Origin: a virus
Strand: one strand, 5' to 3'
Length of the DNA stretch: 39,313 nt
UHGV virus genome: UHGV-0159558
Below, piece by piece: positions 7,874-16,751 of the stretch. The notes under the pieces were generated by a model. It was not told the origin of the DNA and searched no databases. It saw nothing but the letters and a program-made list of their open reading frames with translations. How positions within the stretch are numbered: the stretch's first letter is position 1; each line of letters begins with the position of its first letter. The position numbers were made by a program, and so were the translations under genes.

Positions 7874-8136
7874 CACTAAAAGAAGAGGACGAATATGTTG
7901 AATTATTAGAAAGATTTTCAGCTTTTCCAGAGCTTAAAAGACTAATAGATTTGCACACTCAAAAAAGATTAAATGATGCTTCTTGTTTAGAAGAACAACA
8001 AGGTAATGCAGACATCATTTATAGAGAAGTGGCAGGACTTCAAACTTTTAGACATTATATTTTTCAAGAGCCTGAACAATTCGAAAGCTGGAAAAATGCT
8101 ATTTTAAATTCAAGAAAACCTAAAAAGGAGGAATAA
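7870..8136 (+). CDS. hypothetical head-module protein (88 aa)
   Basis: ATGA overlap with the portal stop. Confidence 0.4.
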   Translation: MTLKEEDEYVELLERFSAFPELKRLIDLHTQKRLNDASCLEEQQGNADIIYREVAGLQTFRHYIFQEPEQFESWKNAILNSRKPKKEE

Positions 8137-8138
8137 AA

Positions 8139-8843
8139 ATGAAACTACAAGAACTTTTAAAACTTAAAGTTCTATATGATGTTGAAGGTGGAAACGGAGA
8201 TAGTGGAGCTGGTGGAGGAGCAGAGGCACCAAATATAGAAGTTCCTGAGTATATCCAAAGTTATGCAGATTCAATAGAGGACGCAGGACAAAAGGAATAT
8301 ATAAGCGGACTTTTAAAAGATGAAAAAGGTGTAAACTTCCTAAAAAGAATGATAAATGACCCTAATGCAGAGTATACAACTAAGGCGGAAGAGTTTAAAG
8401 CTATGAATCCAGCCGAGGTTGAGAGCTTTACAAAAGAGGCAAAAGCCGCAGGAATTCCTGAAAAGTACGCAAGAATTGCACTTGAAGGAAGAGCAAACTA
8501 TTTACAAGCTCAAAGAGATTTAATGAGTCCTGAACTTAAAGCACTTGATACTAATATTGATAATTTTATAAATTCAGCAACAGCAGAAGAGCAGCAAGTT
8601 TATGCTAGACTTGCAGAAAATGCAATAGGTAGAAAAATACTTGTTGAGAAAATAATGGGAGGAGCTGCTAATATTTCAATTGGTGGAGCTGGTGGAGGTT
8701 CTACACATATAGCAAGTTACGACCACAAATCATTTATTGACGCCTACAACGAGGCAAAAGATAGTAATGATAAAGAGGCACTAAAAAAATTAAAACAATT
8801 TGCAGACAACAGTGATGATACATTCTATAGAGATTTTTTATAA
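8139..8843 (+). CDS. capsid scaffolding protein
   Basis: Acidic, helical, Ala/Glu/Lys-rich 234-aa protein immediately upstream of the major capsid gene. AGGAGG RBS. Confidence 0.55.
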   Translation: MKLQELLKLKVLYDVEGGNGDSGAGGGAEAPNIEVPEYIQSYADSIEDAGQKEYISGLLKDEKGVNFLKRMINDPNAEYTTKAEEFKAMNPAEVESFTKEAKAAGIPEKYARIALEGRANYLQAQRDLMSPELKALDTNIDNFINSATAEEQQVYARLAENAIGRKILVEKIMGGAANISIGGAGGGSTHIASYDHKSFIDAYNEAKDSNDKEALKKLKQFADNSDDTFYRDFL

Positions 8844-8855
8844 CACAGGAGGAAA

Positions 8856-9890
8856 ATGAATACAAAAGAAAGATTACTTAAAGCCCCTCTTAACATTCAA
8901 CTTTTTGGAGCAACTAAAAACGTTGAATTAACAGAGGGAGAACAAGCCAAGTACGTAAACAATATTATGAGAGCTTTAGGGCAAACTAACAGTTTCCCTT
9001 TAAAGCAGTACATGGCAACATCAGCTTCAACAAATGCGGCTTATTCAGTTTTCTATGTAGCTGGAACTTTATCAGCTAGAGATAGAGAGGCAAACGCAGA
9101 CACTACAAACCAAAACTTCAAAGATGTAAAAGGGGTAGCAAACCAAAATCTTTTAACATCAATTAGAGTTGTACCAACTGAAATGGAAGTACCTTTATGG
9201 GTAGATGACAGAGACTTTGATAAATCACAACTTAATGAGCAATCAGCATTACAAACAATGCAAGTAGACGCTATTTATAGAGGTTGTGACGAAAGAATAT
9301 CACTACTATTAAAGGATATGTACCAAAATAAAAAGAGATCTGTTAAAAACTCAGCAGGGACAGCAGTTAATATAACAATACCTACAACAAACTTCTACGG
9401 AGATAAAGCAAAACTTTTCTCAGACCCAGATAACGTTAAGAAGTTTAGAAATATGATGAGAAAAGCTCAACACATGGCAAAGGCTAATAATCTTAAAATT
9501 GCAATAGTTTGCGGTGATGAGGGTAACGTTGAAATGGCAGATTGTGAGAAATTCTCAAATAAAGATTGGGTAAACGTTTCAGGAGAAACTACTGTTCAAT
9601 CAGGTTCAGCAATGCAAAGATTACTAGGTGGAAATGTAGAGGAGTTATGGACATTTGATGAAGTGTTCTATGAAAAAACTACTAAAGTAACTAATGGAGT
9701 TATAGCTGTTATCATAGAAAAGTCATTAGGTCAAGATAATAAAAAAGCTTCTATTAGACCAACTATTGAACACGTAGGATTTAAGAAAGCTTACTTCATG
9801 GATGTTGAGGTTGCTAATGCTACTGAACTTGTTAATCCAAATGGGGTATTTTTCTTTGAGTACGCTAAAACAGTATCTTCAATAGGATAG
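8856..9890 (+). CDS. major capsid protein
   Basis: 344 aa with N-terminal LNIQLFG (an NLQLF-like motif common at capsid N-termini). Follows the scaffold gene and is followed by a strong terminator. Confidence 0.6.
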   Translation: MNTKERLLKAPLNIQLFGATKNVELTEGEQAKYVNNIMRALGQTNSFPLKQYMATSASTNAAYSVFYVAGTLSARDREANADTTNQNFKDVKGVANQNLLTSIRVVPTEMEVPLWVDDRDFDKSQLNEQSALQTMQVDAIYRGCDERISLLLKDMYQNKKRSVKNSAGTAVNITIPTTNFYGDKAKLFSDPDNVKKFRNMMRKAQHMAKANNLKIAIVCGDEGNVEMADCEKFSNKDWVNVSGETTVQSGSAMQRLLGGNVEELWTFDEVFYEKTTKVTNGVIAVIIEKSLGQDNKKASIRPTIEHVGFKKAYFMDVEVANATELVNPNGVFFFEYAKTVSSIG

Positions 9891-9915
9891 AATACAATTT
9901 AAAATTACAACTGAA

Positions 9916-9945
9916 TAGAGGGAACAACATTCCCTCTATTTTTTT
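9916..9945 (+). terminator. intrinsic terminator after the capsid gene (TAGAGGGAA-CAACA-TTCCCTCTA + T-run)
   Basis: 9-bp perfect stem followed by T7-9. Confidence 0.75.
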
Positions 9946-9962
9946 AAAGGAGAAGGTTAAAA

Positions 9963-10190
9963 ATGAGAGCTAAAGACACATCAAAGTTAGTAAAAGAAAA
10001 GATAGTAATAATTAAATTAATGTTTATGGCAGGTTGTAAAGTGTCTGAAATAGAAGAAAAGACAGGACTTGTAAATTTAATGGATTTCACTAGAAGGCAC
10101 AATAAATATTTTAGAGATGTTAAATTCATAAAAAATAGAGAGGTGAAACAAAATGGGGCAACATCTAGAGAGAATGAAAATAGAGTTTAA
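9963..10190 (+). CDS. small protein with an HTH-like segment (75 aa)
   Basis: GGAG RBS. The segment MFMAGCKVSEIEEKTGLVNL resembles a short HTH. Confidence 0.35.
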   Translation: MRAKDTSKLVKEKIVIIKLMFMAGCKVSEIEEKTGLVNLMDFTRRHNKYFRDVKFIKNREVKQNGATSRENENRV

Positions 10191-10377
10191 AGAGTTAAAA
10201 GAAAGATATGATAAATTGGTAGATTTTTTAGGAACTCCAAAATTCAATACACTACACTTTGAACAAAAAAGCTTATTAAAGCAGCAAAAAGAAGTAATGA
10301 AAAAGTATGGTCAAATTCTAAAGAAAAGAATTAGACTTGATGAACAGATAGAAAGAGAAACTAATTATATACCGTAG
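10153..10377 (+). CDS. hypothetical helical protein (74 aa)
   Basis: GAGAGGTG RBS before ATG 10153. Confidence 0.4.
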   Translation: MGQHLERMKIEFKELKERYDKLVDFLGTPKFNTLHFEQKSLLKQQKEVMKKYGQILKKRIRLDEQIERETNYIP

Positions 10378-10386
10378 GAGTTAAAA

Positions 10387-10638
10387 ATGACTAGAGATAA
10401 AAGAGAAATTGATTTTTTAAATCTACAAGTAGGTGCAGTATTTAGATTAGGATTAAATAGACTTAAAGTTGTAGAAGAAAAAGCTGGGGGGGGAGATAAT
10501 CCTTGTGAAGAATGTTATATATTTAAAAGTGGATTTGAAGTTCCTTGTAATGAATTTGTCATTAACTCTATCATTCCAGAGTGTTGTGGCAGTTGTAGAA
10601 AAGATAAAAAAGATGTGTATTTTGAGGTGATAGATTGA
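10387..10638 (+). CDS. Cys-rich small protein (zinc-finger-like)
   Basis: CEECYIF...CNEF...CCGSC cluster. GGAG RBS. Confidence 0.4.
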   Translation: MTRDKREIDFLNLQVGAVFRLGLNRLKVVEEKAGGGDNPCEECYIFKSGFEVPCNEFVINSIIPECCGSCRKDKKDVYFEVID

Positions 10639-11180
10639 TGAACAAACCAACAAACTTTAATGATTTATTAGAGTTACAAAGAGTTTTAGATGAAAATATA
10701 GAAAAAAATAGAAGTAATGGATTTGCACCAAGAAAAAGAAACATATTAGATATTTTGTTAGCAATAGATGATGAGTTCCAAGAATGGCTAAGAGAGTTAC
10801 CATATGAGTGTAATTTCAAAACTTGGAAGCAGAAAGAATACTCAAGAGAAAAGGAACTTGAAGAACTTACAGACGTTTTATTCTTCTTTTTACAGTATTT
10901 TAATAGGTATTTCGTTGATATAAATAATTACAAAAATAATTATTGTAGAGATTTTTTTGAACGAAATTATTATGATGAAATAAACCAAGATTTAAATTCT
11001 TTAATTAGAGATTTTAAATATGATTTATGGGGTATAAGTGATTTAACAGCTTTCTATGATTATCTGAGAATAGTTCATAAAAGAGGATTTACAAAAGAAG
11101 ATTTACTTAATACTTACTGGAAGAAATGGCAAAAGAATATGACTAGAATTAATAAAGATTGGATATTGGAGGGAAAATAA
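10638..11180 (+). CDS. dimeric (all-alpha) dUTPase-like nucleotide pyrophosphohydrolase
   Basis: DLLELQRVLDENI...ILDILLAIDDEFQEWLRELP...KTWK...ELEELTDVLFFFL matches the conserved helix layout of dimeric dUTPase (dUTPase_2). GAGGTG RBS. The ATG overlaps the upstream TGA. Confidence 0.5.
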   Translation: MNKPTNFNDLLELQRVLDENIEKNRSNGFAPRKRNILDILLAIDDEFQEWLRELPYECNFKTWKQKEYSREKELEELTDVLFFFLQYFNRYFVDINNYKNNYCRDFFERNYYDEINQDLNSLIRDFKYDLWGISDLTAFYDYLRIVHKRGFTKEDLLNTYWKKWQKNMTRINKDWILEGK

Positions 11181-11282
11181 ATGACATCAGCAGGATTTGT
11201 ATTTATAGGAATAGTAGTTGGATTTTTTATAGGATTTATAGTAGGAACAATTAGAGAAAGAAAAGGTATGAATAAAAAATAG
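11181..11282 (+). CDS. 33-aa single-TM peptide
   Basis: GGAGGG RBS. Sequence is MTSAGFVFIGIVVGFFIGFIVGTIRERKGMNKK. Confidence 0.4.
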   Translation: MTSAGFVFIGIVVGFFIGFIVGTIRERKGMNKK

Positions 11283-11291
11283 AGGTGTGAT

Positions 11292-11612
11292 ATGGCAGAT
11301 TTTAACGGAATTAAGATATTAGAAATATTAGATAAAATATTTAGAAAGAAATATGATAAAAAGTCTATCCTTGAAAATGTAGGGTTAAGCTCAAGTGGTA
11401 GCAACTGCATTATAAACTATAAAGATGGAGACTTGGAGATTAGGGTTAAGGTATCACAAAAGACAGCCGTTAAGATGTATTTTGATAATGAAAAGGCTAA
11501 TGGAAACTTTAAAAACATTGATTATGCTAAGTTTGAGGAAAAATACAATGAGGGTATGGCTTTAGATGAAATAGAAGAAGAAATTAAAAAAGAACAGTTA
11601 CCACTTGAATAA
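11292..11612 (+). CDS. hypothetical protein (106 aa)
   Basis: GAGGTG RBS. Confidence 0.4.
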   Translation: MADFNGIKILEILDKIFRKKYDKKSILENVGLSSSGSNCIINYKDGDLEIRVKVSQKTAVKMYFDNEKANGNFKNIDYAKFEEKYNEGMALDEIEEEIKKEQLPLE

Positions 11613-11624
11613 AAGGAGATAAAA

Positions 11625-11879
11625 GTGCATATATACAAGAATGAAGATGGATACAGAGTGTTAGCTAAGCAATATAAGACAGGTAAAAAGAATAGTGTAA
11701 AAGATATACAGGAGCTTGTTGAAATTCCTGTATCATTTGTAAATACTACTCCACCAAGATTAAAGATAAACTATGAGACAGTTTATCCTAATGATTGGGT
11801 AGTAAAAGGGATAGGGCAAATTGAATTTGAGATTATTCCAGATAAAGAATTTAGAAAGAGATTTACAATACACAAATGA
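11625..11879 (+). CDS. hypothetical protein (84 aa), GTG start
   Basis: AAGGAG RBS before GTG 11625. Confidence 0.4.
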   Translation: MHIYKNEDGYRVLAKQYKTGKKNSVKDIQELVEIPVSFVNTTPPRLKINYETVYPNDWVVKGIGQIEFEIIPDKEFRKRFTIHK

Positions 11880-12049
11880 ATGAAGATGAAAAGATAAAAG
11901 CTCTTATATATTTTTTAAGAAAATCAAAGTCAGAGGGTAAGCACGTGAAAATGTCAAAGCTGATTGAAAAGTGTGAGAAAGAAAAAATTTCATATCCCAC
12001 ACTTTTCAGAGAGGTTTTGATACATAAATTAGAAGATGTTTTGGTGTGA
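11876..12049 (+). CDS. hypothetical protein (57 aa)
   Basis: ATGA overlap with the upstream stop. Sequence is MNEDEKIKALIYFLRKSKSEGKHVKMSKLIEKCEKEKISYPTLFREVLIHKLEDVLV. Confidence 0.35.
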   Translation: MNEDEKIKALIYFLRKSKSEGKHVKMSKLIEKCEKEKISYPTLFREVLIHKLEDVLV

Positions 12050-12105
12050 AAATGTAATTTTATTTTTGAAAAAATATTTTTATAATTTTTACACCAAAAA
12101 AACAT

Positions 12106-12182
12106 CGCGGACAAATTAGCTAAAAAATGTTAAAAAGTCCACCGTGGGCGGTACTTTTTTATGAAAATACCGCGGACAAATT
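12106..12182. repeat. direct repeat CGCGGACAAATT (12106-12117 and 12171-12182) flanking a weak hairpin plus T-run
   Basis: Seen directly. The GC-rich 12-mer occurs twice in an AT-rich spacer. Confidence 0.35.
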
Positions 12183-12266
12183 TTGAAGAAAAAATATGCG
12201 GTTTAAAAATTAACAAAAAATGAAAATTAAAAATTGAGTCCTTAATTTTAGAGGAGTTTCAAGGAA

Positions 12267-12336
12267 AAATTATTTAAAATAATTTAACTGCATATAATAC
12301 AGATTATCTACGTGGAAAATTATTCAAAATAATTTT
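12267..12336. promoter_or_regulatory. pair of near-identical palindromes (AAATTATTT-A-AAATAATTT at 12267-12285; AAAATTATT-CAA-AATAATTTT at 12316-12336) upstream of gene 12388; operator pair candidate
   Basis: Seen directly. 9-bp arms, with centres about 50 bp apart. Confidence 0.4.
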
Positions 12337-12387
12337 TTAAAGAAAAACGGTTAAAAGTGTAATTTTATTTTTTTAAAAGGAGTAGTT

Positions 12388-12603
12388 ATGAAAAAGAAAA
12401 AAAGTTTAAGAGAAATAATTGATGTAATAATTTTTAGATTGAAATATAGATTTTATTTTTTTCTTGCTAGATATAGAGTGATAAGTTTTAAGGAAGCAAA
12501 TATTAGAACTATTTCATCCTCTATTGATATGATGAAAACTATGCAGGAATTAGATGTAGTAGAAAAGCAAATAGAAATTTTAAAAGAAGTAGGTGTTTTG
12601 TAA
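12388..12603 (+). CDS. hypothetical protein (71 aa)
   Basis: AAGGAG RBS. Confidence 0.4.
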   Translation: MKKKKSLREIIDVIIFRLKYRFYFFLARYRVISFKEANIRTISSSIDMMKTMQELDVVEKQIEILKEVGVL

Positions 12604-13121
12604 TGCCTAGAATAGTAAGAGATAAGAGAATTGCTAGAATGATAATGTGCCTTTCTGTTATTCATGACAACGTTGCCCACCATATAAAAGTGTGGGGTGA
12701 TGAGATAAAACTCAATGATGGATGGTTAGCCCCATATAAAAAGGGGCTTATGACTAAGATGTATAACTCCATAGAAAAAATGCTGATGAACTATGATGAA
12801 AATCATGTTGTTCTTTCTAATGGAGCAAGGGAAAATTTACTGGATAAAATCTATGAGTTTCATGTGATACTTGCTAATAGAAAAGCTAAAGAGGGAGTTA
12901 AAAAGACATTTGATTTTGATATAGAGAAAAAATCTATGCCAAAGGGAATGTTAGATACATTCATAGCCTTTTCTTTAACTACAGAATATACAGAGGAGTA
13001 TTTTTCTAAGAGCCTTGAAATAGAAAATCTAACAGAGGATTTTAAAAAGTTTAAAAAATATCTAAAGCAATATCAAAAATTCTTTGAAGATGAAATGATA
13101 ATAACAGTAAGGGAGGGGTAA
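12603..13121 (+). CDS. hypothetical protein (172 aa)
   Basis: TAATG overlap with the upstream gene. Confidence 0.4.
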   Translation: MPRIVRDKRIARMIMCLSVIHDNVAHHIKVWGDEIKLNDGWLAPYKKGLMTKMYNSIEKMLMNYDENHVVLSNGARENLLDKIYEFHVILANRKAKEGVKKTFDFDIEKKSMPKGMLDTFIAFSLTTEYTEEYFSKSLEIENLTEDFKKFKKYLKQYQKFFEDEMIITVREG

Positions 13122-13123
13122 AA

Positions 13124-13528
13124 GTGAAAATAAAAGAAGTGGTAAGAAAAATACTAACATATTTAGGGTTTGTAAAAAAAGAACCTATACAACCAAAAGT
13201 ATTAACGGATGATGAAATAATTAGAAAGTATGGTTCTATTTATGAAAAGTGTGACGTAAGACTTAAAATGCAAATTGACGAGTTAAGAATTATAAATGAA
13301 AGAAAAAAACTACAGCCCGAAAGATGCTATTACTGTAAAAATTTTCAAAGATTTACTGGAGATAATAAAGTATCTGGAGAAGCTAATTTCTGTAATTTTC
13401 TTGAAGATGTAATTTTAGTTCCACGTAAATTTGTTTGTAATAAATTTGAAGCTAGTCAAGAATATTTAAAACAAGTTGAAATAGCAAAATTAAAAAGAAG
13501 TGTTGATTTTAGAGAGGTAGAAGAATGA
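13124..13528 (+). CDS. Cys4 zinc-ribbon protein, paralog 1 (longer, with N-terminal extension)
   Basis: GGGAGGGG RBS with GTG start. The C-terminal half CYYCKNF...FCNF...RKFVCNKFEAS...KLKRSVDFREVEE matches the downstream paralogs. Confidence 0.45.
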   Translation: MKIKEVVRKILTYLGFVKKEPIQPKVLTDDEIIRKYGSIYEKCDVRLKMQIDELRIINERKKLQPERCYYCKNFQRFTGDNKVSGEANFCNFLEDVILVPRKFVCNKFEASQEYLKQVEIAKLKRSVDFREVEE

Positions 13529-13701
13529 CAGTAGGAGAACTAATAAAAGAACTAGAGAACTATGACGAGGATATGGAAGTTGTAGCACGTGATAAAGCAG
13601 ATGAAATAAATTTAGCATTGCTTGATATAGTAGAAGTTAAGGAAAATTATTATCTAAAGAAAACATTAGAACTTGTTGTAGACATTGAGGAGAAAATATG
13701 A
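13525..13701 (+). CDS. hypothetical acidic protein (58 aa)
   Basis: ATGA overlaps on both ends. Sequence is MTVGELIKELENYDEDMEVVARDKADEINLALLDIVEVKENYYLKKTLELVVDIEEKI. Confidence 0.4.
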   Translation: MTVGELIKELENYDEDMEVVARDKADEINLALLDIVEVKENYYLKKTLELVVDIEEKI

Positions 13702-13925
13702 AAGATTTAGGAATTAGAGAGTGTTGTTACAATTGCAAAATATTAGAAACTGTAGCTACACATGGACCAACTAGAACTGTTTATTGCAAAAATATTCAAG
13801 ATATTATTGATTTTCCAGAAAGATTTATATGTGATAAATTTGAGCCTAGTGGAAAATTTTTAAATGATTATACTTTATCTAAATTAAAAAAAGAAGTCAA
13901 TTTTAGAGAGGTGAAAGATGATTAA
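13698..13925 (+). CDS. Cys4 zinc-ribbon protein, paralog 2
   Basis: CCYNCKILETVATHGPTRTVYCKN...ERFICDKFEPS...KLKKEVNFREVKDD. Confidence 0.45.
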   Translation: MKDLGIRECCYNCKILETVATHGPTRTVYCKNIQDIIDFPERFICDKFEPSGKFLNDYTLSKLKKEVNFREVKDD

Positions 13926-14172
13926 AAAACTCATAAACTGGTGGAGATATAAAAAAGCTCTTAATAAAGAATATTCTAAAATTAGTTTCAATTGTGAAAA
14001 TTGCAGTTATTTTTATTTTTGTAACAAAAATTGTAGCTTGCTTAAAAAAGATATTAAAAATCCAAGTTACTTTATTTGTAACAATTTTGAAGTTAGTCGA
14101 TATAAATTACATGACGCTCAAAGAATAGCACTTGAAAAAACATCTAATTTCAGAGAGGTGGAAGATGATTAA
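13918..14172 (+). CDS. Cys4 zinc-ribbon protein, paralog 3
   Basis: CENCSYFYFCNKNCS...SYFICNNFEVS...TSNFREVEDD. Confidence 0.45.
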   Translation: MIKKLINWWRYKKALNKEYSKISFNCENCSYFYFCNKNCSLLKKDIKNPSYFICNNFEVSRYKLHDAQRIALEKTSNFREVEDD

Positions 14173-14440
14173 AAAATATAAGAAAAAACCTATCGTAATT
14201 GAAGCTATTCAATTCATTGATACTGCTGAAAGAATTGAAGAAATTTTTAAGTTTATGAATAATGAAACTATGAGAGTTGATTATTCAGTAGATGATCACC
14301 CAGCTATTTTAATAGAAACTTTAGAAGGAACAATGAGAGCAGAAGAGAATGATTATATCATAAAAGGAGTAAATAGAGAGTTTTATCCATGCAAACCTGA
14401 AATATTTTTAAAAACTTATGAAGAGGTGGAAGATGAATAA
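14165..14440 (+). CDS. hypothetical protein (91 aa; the ORF track extends it to 14132)
   Basis: GAGAGGTGGAAG-ATG junction identical in form to the preceding paralog junctions. C-terminus is EEVEDE. Confidence 0.4.
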   Translation: MIKKYKKKPIVIEAIQFIDTAERIEEIFKFMNNETMRVDYSVDDHPAILIETLEGTMRAEENDYIIKGVNREFYPCKPEIFLKTYEEVEDE

Positions 14441-14939
14441 AGACAAAATAATAAAAATGGCTTTCCTCGAATTAGGATTTCCCTATGCTGATGAGGACTT
14501 ACAAGAGGACGTCAACTTTGAAACGGCGTCCTTTTATTTTAATGATATAGTTCTAAAGATACAAAACGATACTAGATTTAACTTCAATTTAGCTAAAGAA
14601 AGATTAAAGTTACTAGATAGACAAAGATATACAGATAGATACGAGTACGCTAAACCTACTGGATTTTTAAAGAATCTTACTCCAGGAATAGCAGAGTTTG
14701 GAGATGTCCTTTTAAGTGATGAAGCAGAGGTTGAGTGTACATATAAAAAGAAACTCGATCTTGAAGACATTCCAGACACATACGAAAGACTTACAGCTTT
14801 ATGGCTTGCTACTGCTATTTGTAGTTCGGTTGGTAAAGCAAAAGCAATAACTAGACTTGCTTCTCTTATGCAACTTGAAGAGGAGAAACTAACATTTGAT
14901 AATGGACTAATGGGATTTGATTTGGAGGATTTGAACTAA
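14433..14939 (+). CDS. virion structural protein candidate (168 aa)
   Basis: GAGGTGG RBS before ATG 14433. It is the first gene of the large-protein structural block. Confidence 0.35.
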   Translation: MNKDKIIKMAFLELGFPYADEDLQEDVNFETASFYFNDIVLKIQNDTRFNFNLAKERLKLLDRQRYTDRYEYAKPTGFLKNLTPGIAEFGDVLLSDEAEVECTYKKKLDLEDIPDTYERLTALWLATAICSSVGKAKAITRLASLMQLEEEKLTFDNGLMGFDLEDLN

Positions 14940-16750
14940 TGTTTGAGGGTAAATTAAGATTTAGTCTTGGGGAAATTTCCCCAGGACTAAGGTATAGAGT
15001 AGAAACTGAAATACCAGCTAAAGGACTTGCATATCTCAAAAATGGTCTTACATCTGATAGTGCAGGGTTAATTAATTTTCCAAGCTTTGAAAAAATAAAT
15101 ACTATATCAGTTGCTAGCGAACTTAGAACTATTGAGGGTTTTAAACTCTTTAAATACAAAATCAACAAGAAAGATACCTCACTTAGTGGGTATCTATTCT
15201 TATATACAAACAAAAAAGTATTGGTATTAAGAATGGATAATTTTCAAGTAGTTAAAGAAATTCCTACAACTTATACTCCAGAAGAAATAAAAAAACTTAG
15301 TATTACACAATTTGAGAACTCTGTTATAAGTTGTGTAGCTAATAAAGAGCCTGTAATGGTAAGAGTAGATGAAGCTACACCAGAGTTTACAGTAGTTGAA
15401 TATTGGAAAAGTATAACAAATCCACCTGTAAAAGCAGTAGAAAGTGAGTATCAATATACAGATACTGACAAGCTTGTGTTTACTTGGTATCAAGATGGTT
15501 CTAAGATTATCTTTGAAAGCACTCTTTCTAATCCTGTATATAAGCCTAGTTTCTTAGAAAACTTTGAAAAAGGTACTATTTCATATATGGGTGGAGAGTT
15601 CAGAATATCTAAGATTGAAAATACTAGTGGAAAGCAGAAAATAACTACATCTCAAGTAACAGCCCCTGGAGGGAATATAGAAATTCCAGATAAAAGCGTA
15701 GAACTTGAAAAGAAAAAAATCAATATCCTGGATATAGTTTTTTCAGAAAATCTATTTAGAAAAGGTTATCCAGCAGTTGTTACAGAGTATAAAGGAAGAG
15801 TTATATTTGGTAACGTTGCAGGGAATCCAAGTTGTGTCGTATCATCTCGTGTCTTTGACTCTCTTAACTTTAGACAGTCTACAGAGGATAACGACGGATT
15901 TACCACTTTCCTTGCAGGTAATGAGGTTAATACAGTAGTTGACTTTATATCGTATAAATCTCTAATAGCAGTTACTGACAAGGGGTTTTTCTCAACTCAA
16001 CTTAACACAGGTCTTACTCCTAAGACATCAGAGTTCTATGACCAAAAACTATCACGTCCTAAAGGATTAGGGTATTGGACAGAATCTGACGACGCTATCT
16101 ATTATGTAGACACATCTAATAGAATATTTCAAATACAAGATGTAGGGGCAGATAGTGCTTATAAGACTATGGAAGTATCAACATATAGCAATCACTTATT
16201 TGACAATGTAGAAGATATCTATTTCTTTAAGCATAAGAAAAATAACCTTATAGGAGTAGATTGTGGAGAAGAGGCAAGAGCATTAAGTTATAAATTTGAA
16301 GAGGATATTATATGTTGGACAAGATGTAATAAGCTACAGGGGATTAACGAGTATGTCAATGTTGATGATAAATTATATATCTTCAATGCTACTGGAAGTG
16401 AAATTAACATATACACTTATTCAGATACCAATGTAGAGCCTTTAGAGTTTAAATTAGCTGAAACTTCTTTAAGTCAAAAGGTGCGTACAGATGTTCCAGA
16501 GTTCTTTAAAAGAACTACCATAGGACAAGTTAAGATGGTCGTTATAGGCGATTATGATTTAGAAGTCAATGGTAAAAGAAAAGAACATGCCTTAAAACTA
16601 GAGGACGTTCCATCAGATAAAGTTCATTTTGTAACTATACCTAATACAGGTAAAAAGGAACTTTATATAAAACAGATGAATAACAACCCTATTGAAATAG
16701 TTGGTATATTTGCTGAAATTAGAGATTTTGAACAACAGGAGGACGAGTAA
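14939..16750 (+). CDS. large virion structural protein (603 aa; tail or tubular protein candidate)
   Basis: GGAGGA RBS. Ser/Thr/Asn-rich, beta-rich composition. Position is after the capsid-side genes. Confidence 0.4.
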   Translation: MFEGKLRFSLGEISPGLRYRVETEIPAKGLAYLKNGLTSDSAGLINFPSFEKINTISVASELRTIEGFKLFKYKINKKDTSLSGYLFLYTNKKVLVLRMDNFQVVKEIPTTYTPEEIKKLSITQFENSVISCVANKEPVMVRVDEATPEFTVVEYWKSITNPPVKAVESEYQYTDTDKLVFTWYQDGSKIIFESTLSNPVYKPSFLENFEKGTISYMGGEFRISKIENTSGKQKITTSQVTAPGGNIEIPDKSVELEKKKINILDIVFSENLFRKGYPAVVTEYKGRVIFGNVAGNPSCVVSSRVFDSLNFRQSTEDNDGFTTFLAGNEVNTVVDFISYKSLIAVTDKGFFSTQLNTGLTPKTSEFYDQKLSRPKGLGYWTESDDAIYYVDTSNRIFQIQDVGADSAYKTMEVSTYSNHLFDNVEDIYFFKHKKNNLIGVDCGEEARALSYKFEEDIICWTRCNKLQGINEYVNVDDKLYIFNATGSEINIYTYSDTNVEPLEFKLAETSLSQKVRTDVPEFFKRTTIGQVKMVVIGDYDLEVNGKRKEHALKLEDVPSDKVHFVTIPNTGKKELYIKQMNNNPIEIVGIFAEIRDFEQQEDE

Positions 16751-16751
16751 T

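Noticed and set aside
11863-12114. 83-aa minus-strand ORF
   Set aside because: Antisense to the coupled plus-strand gene 11876-12049 and the intergenic spacer. No RBS.
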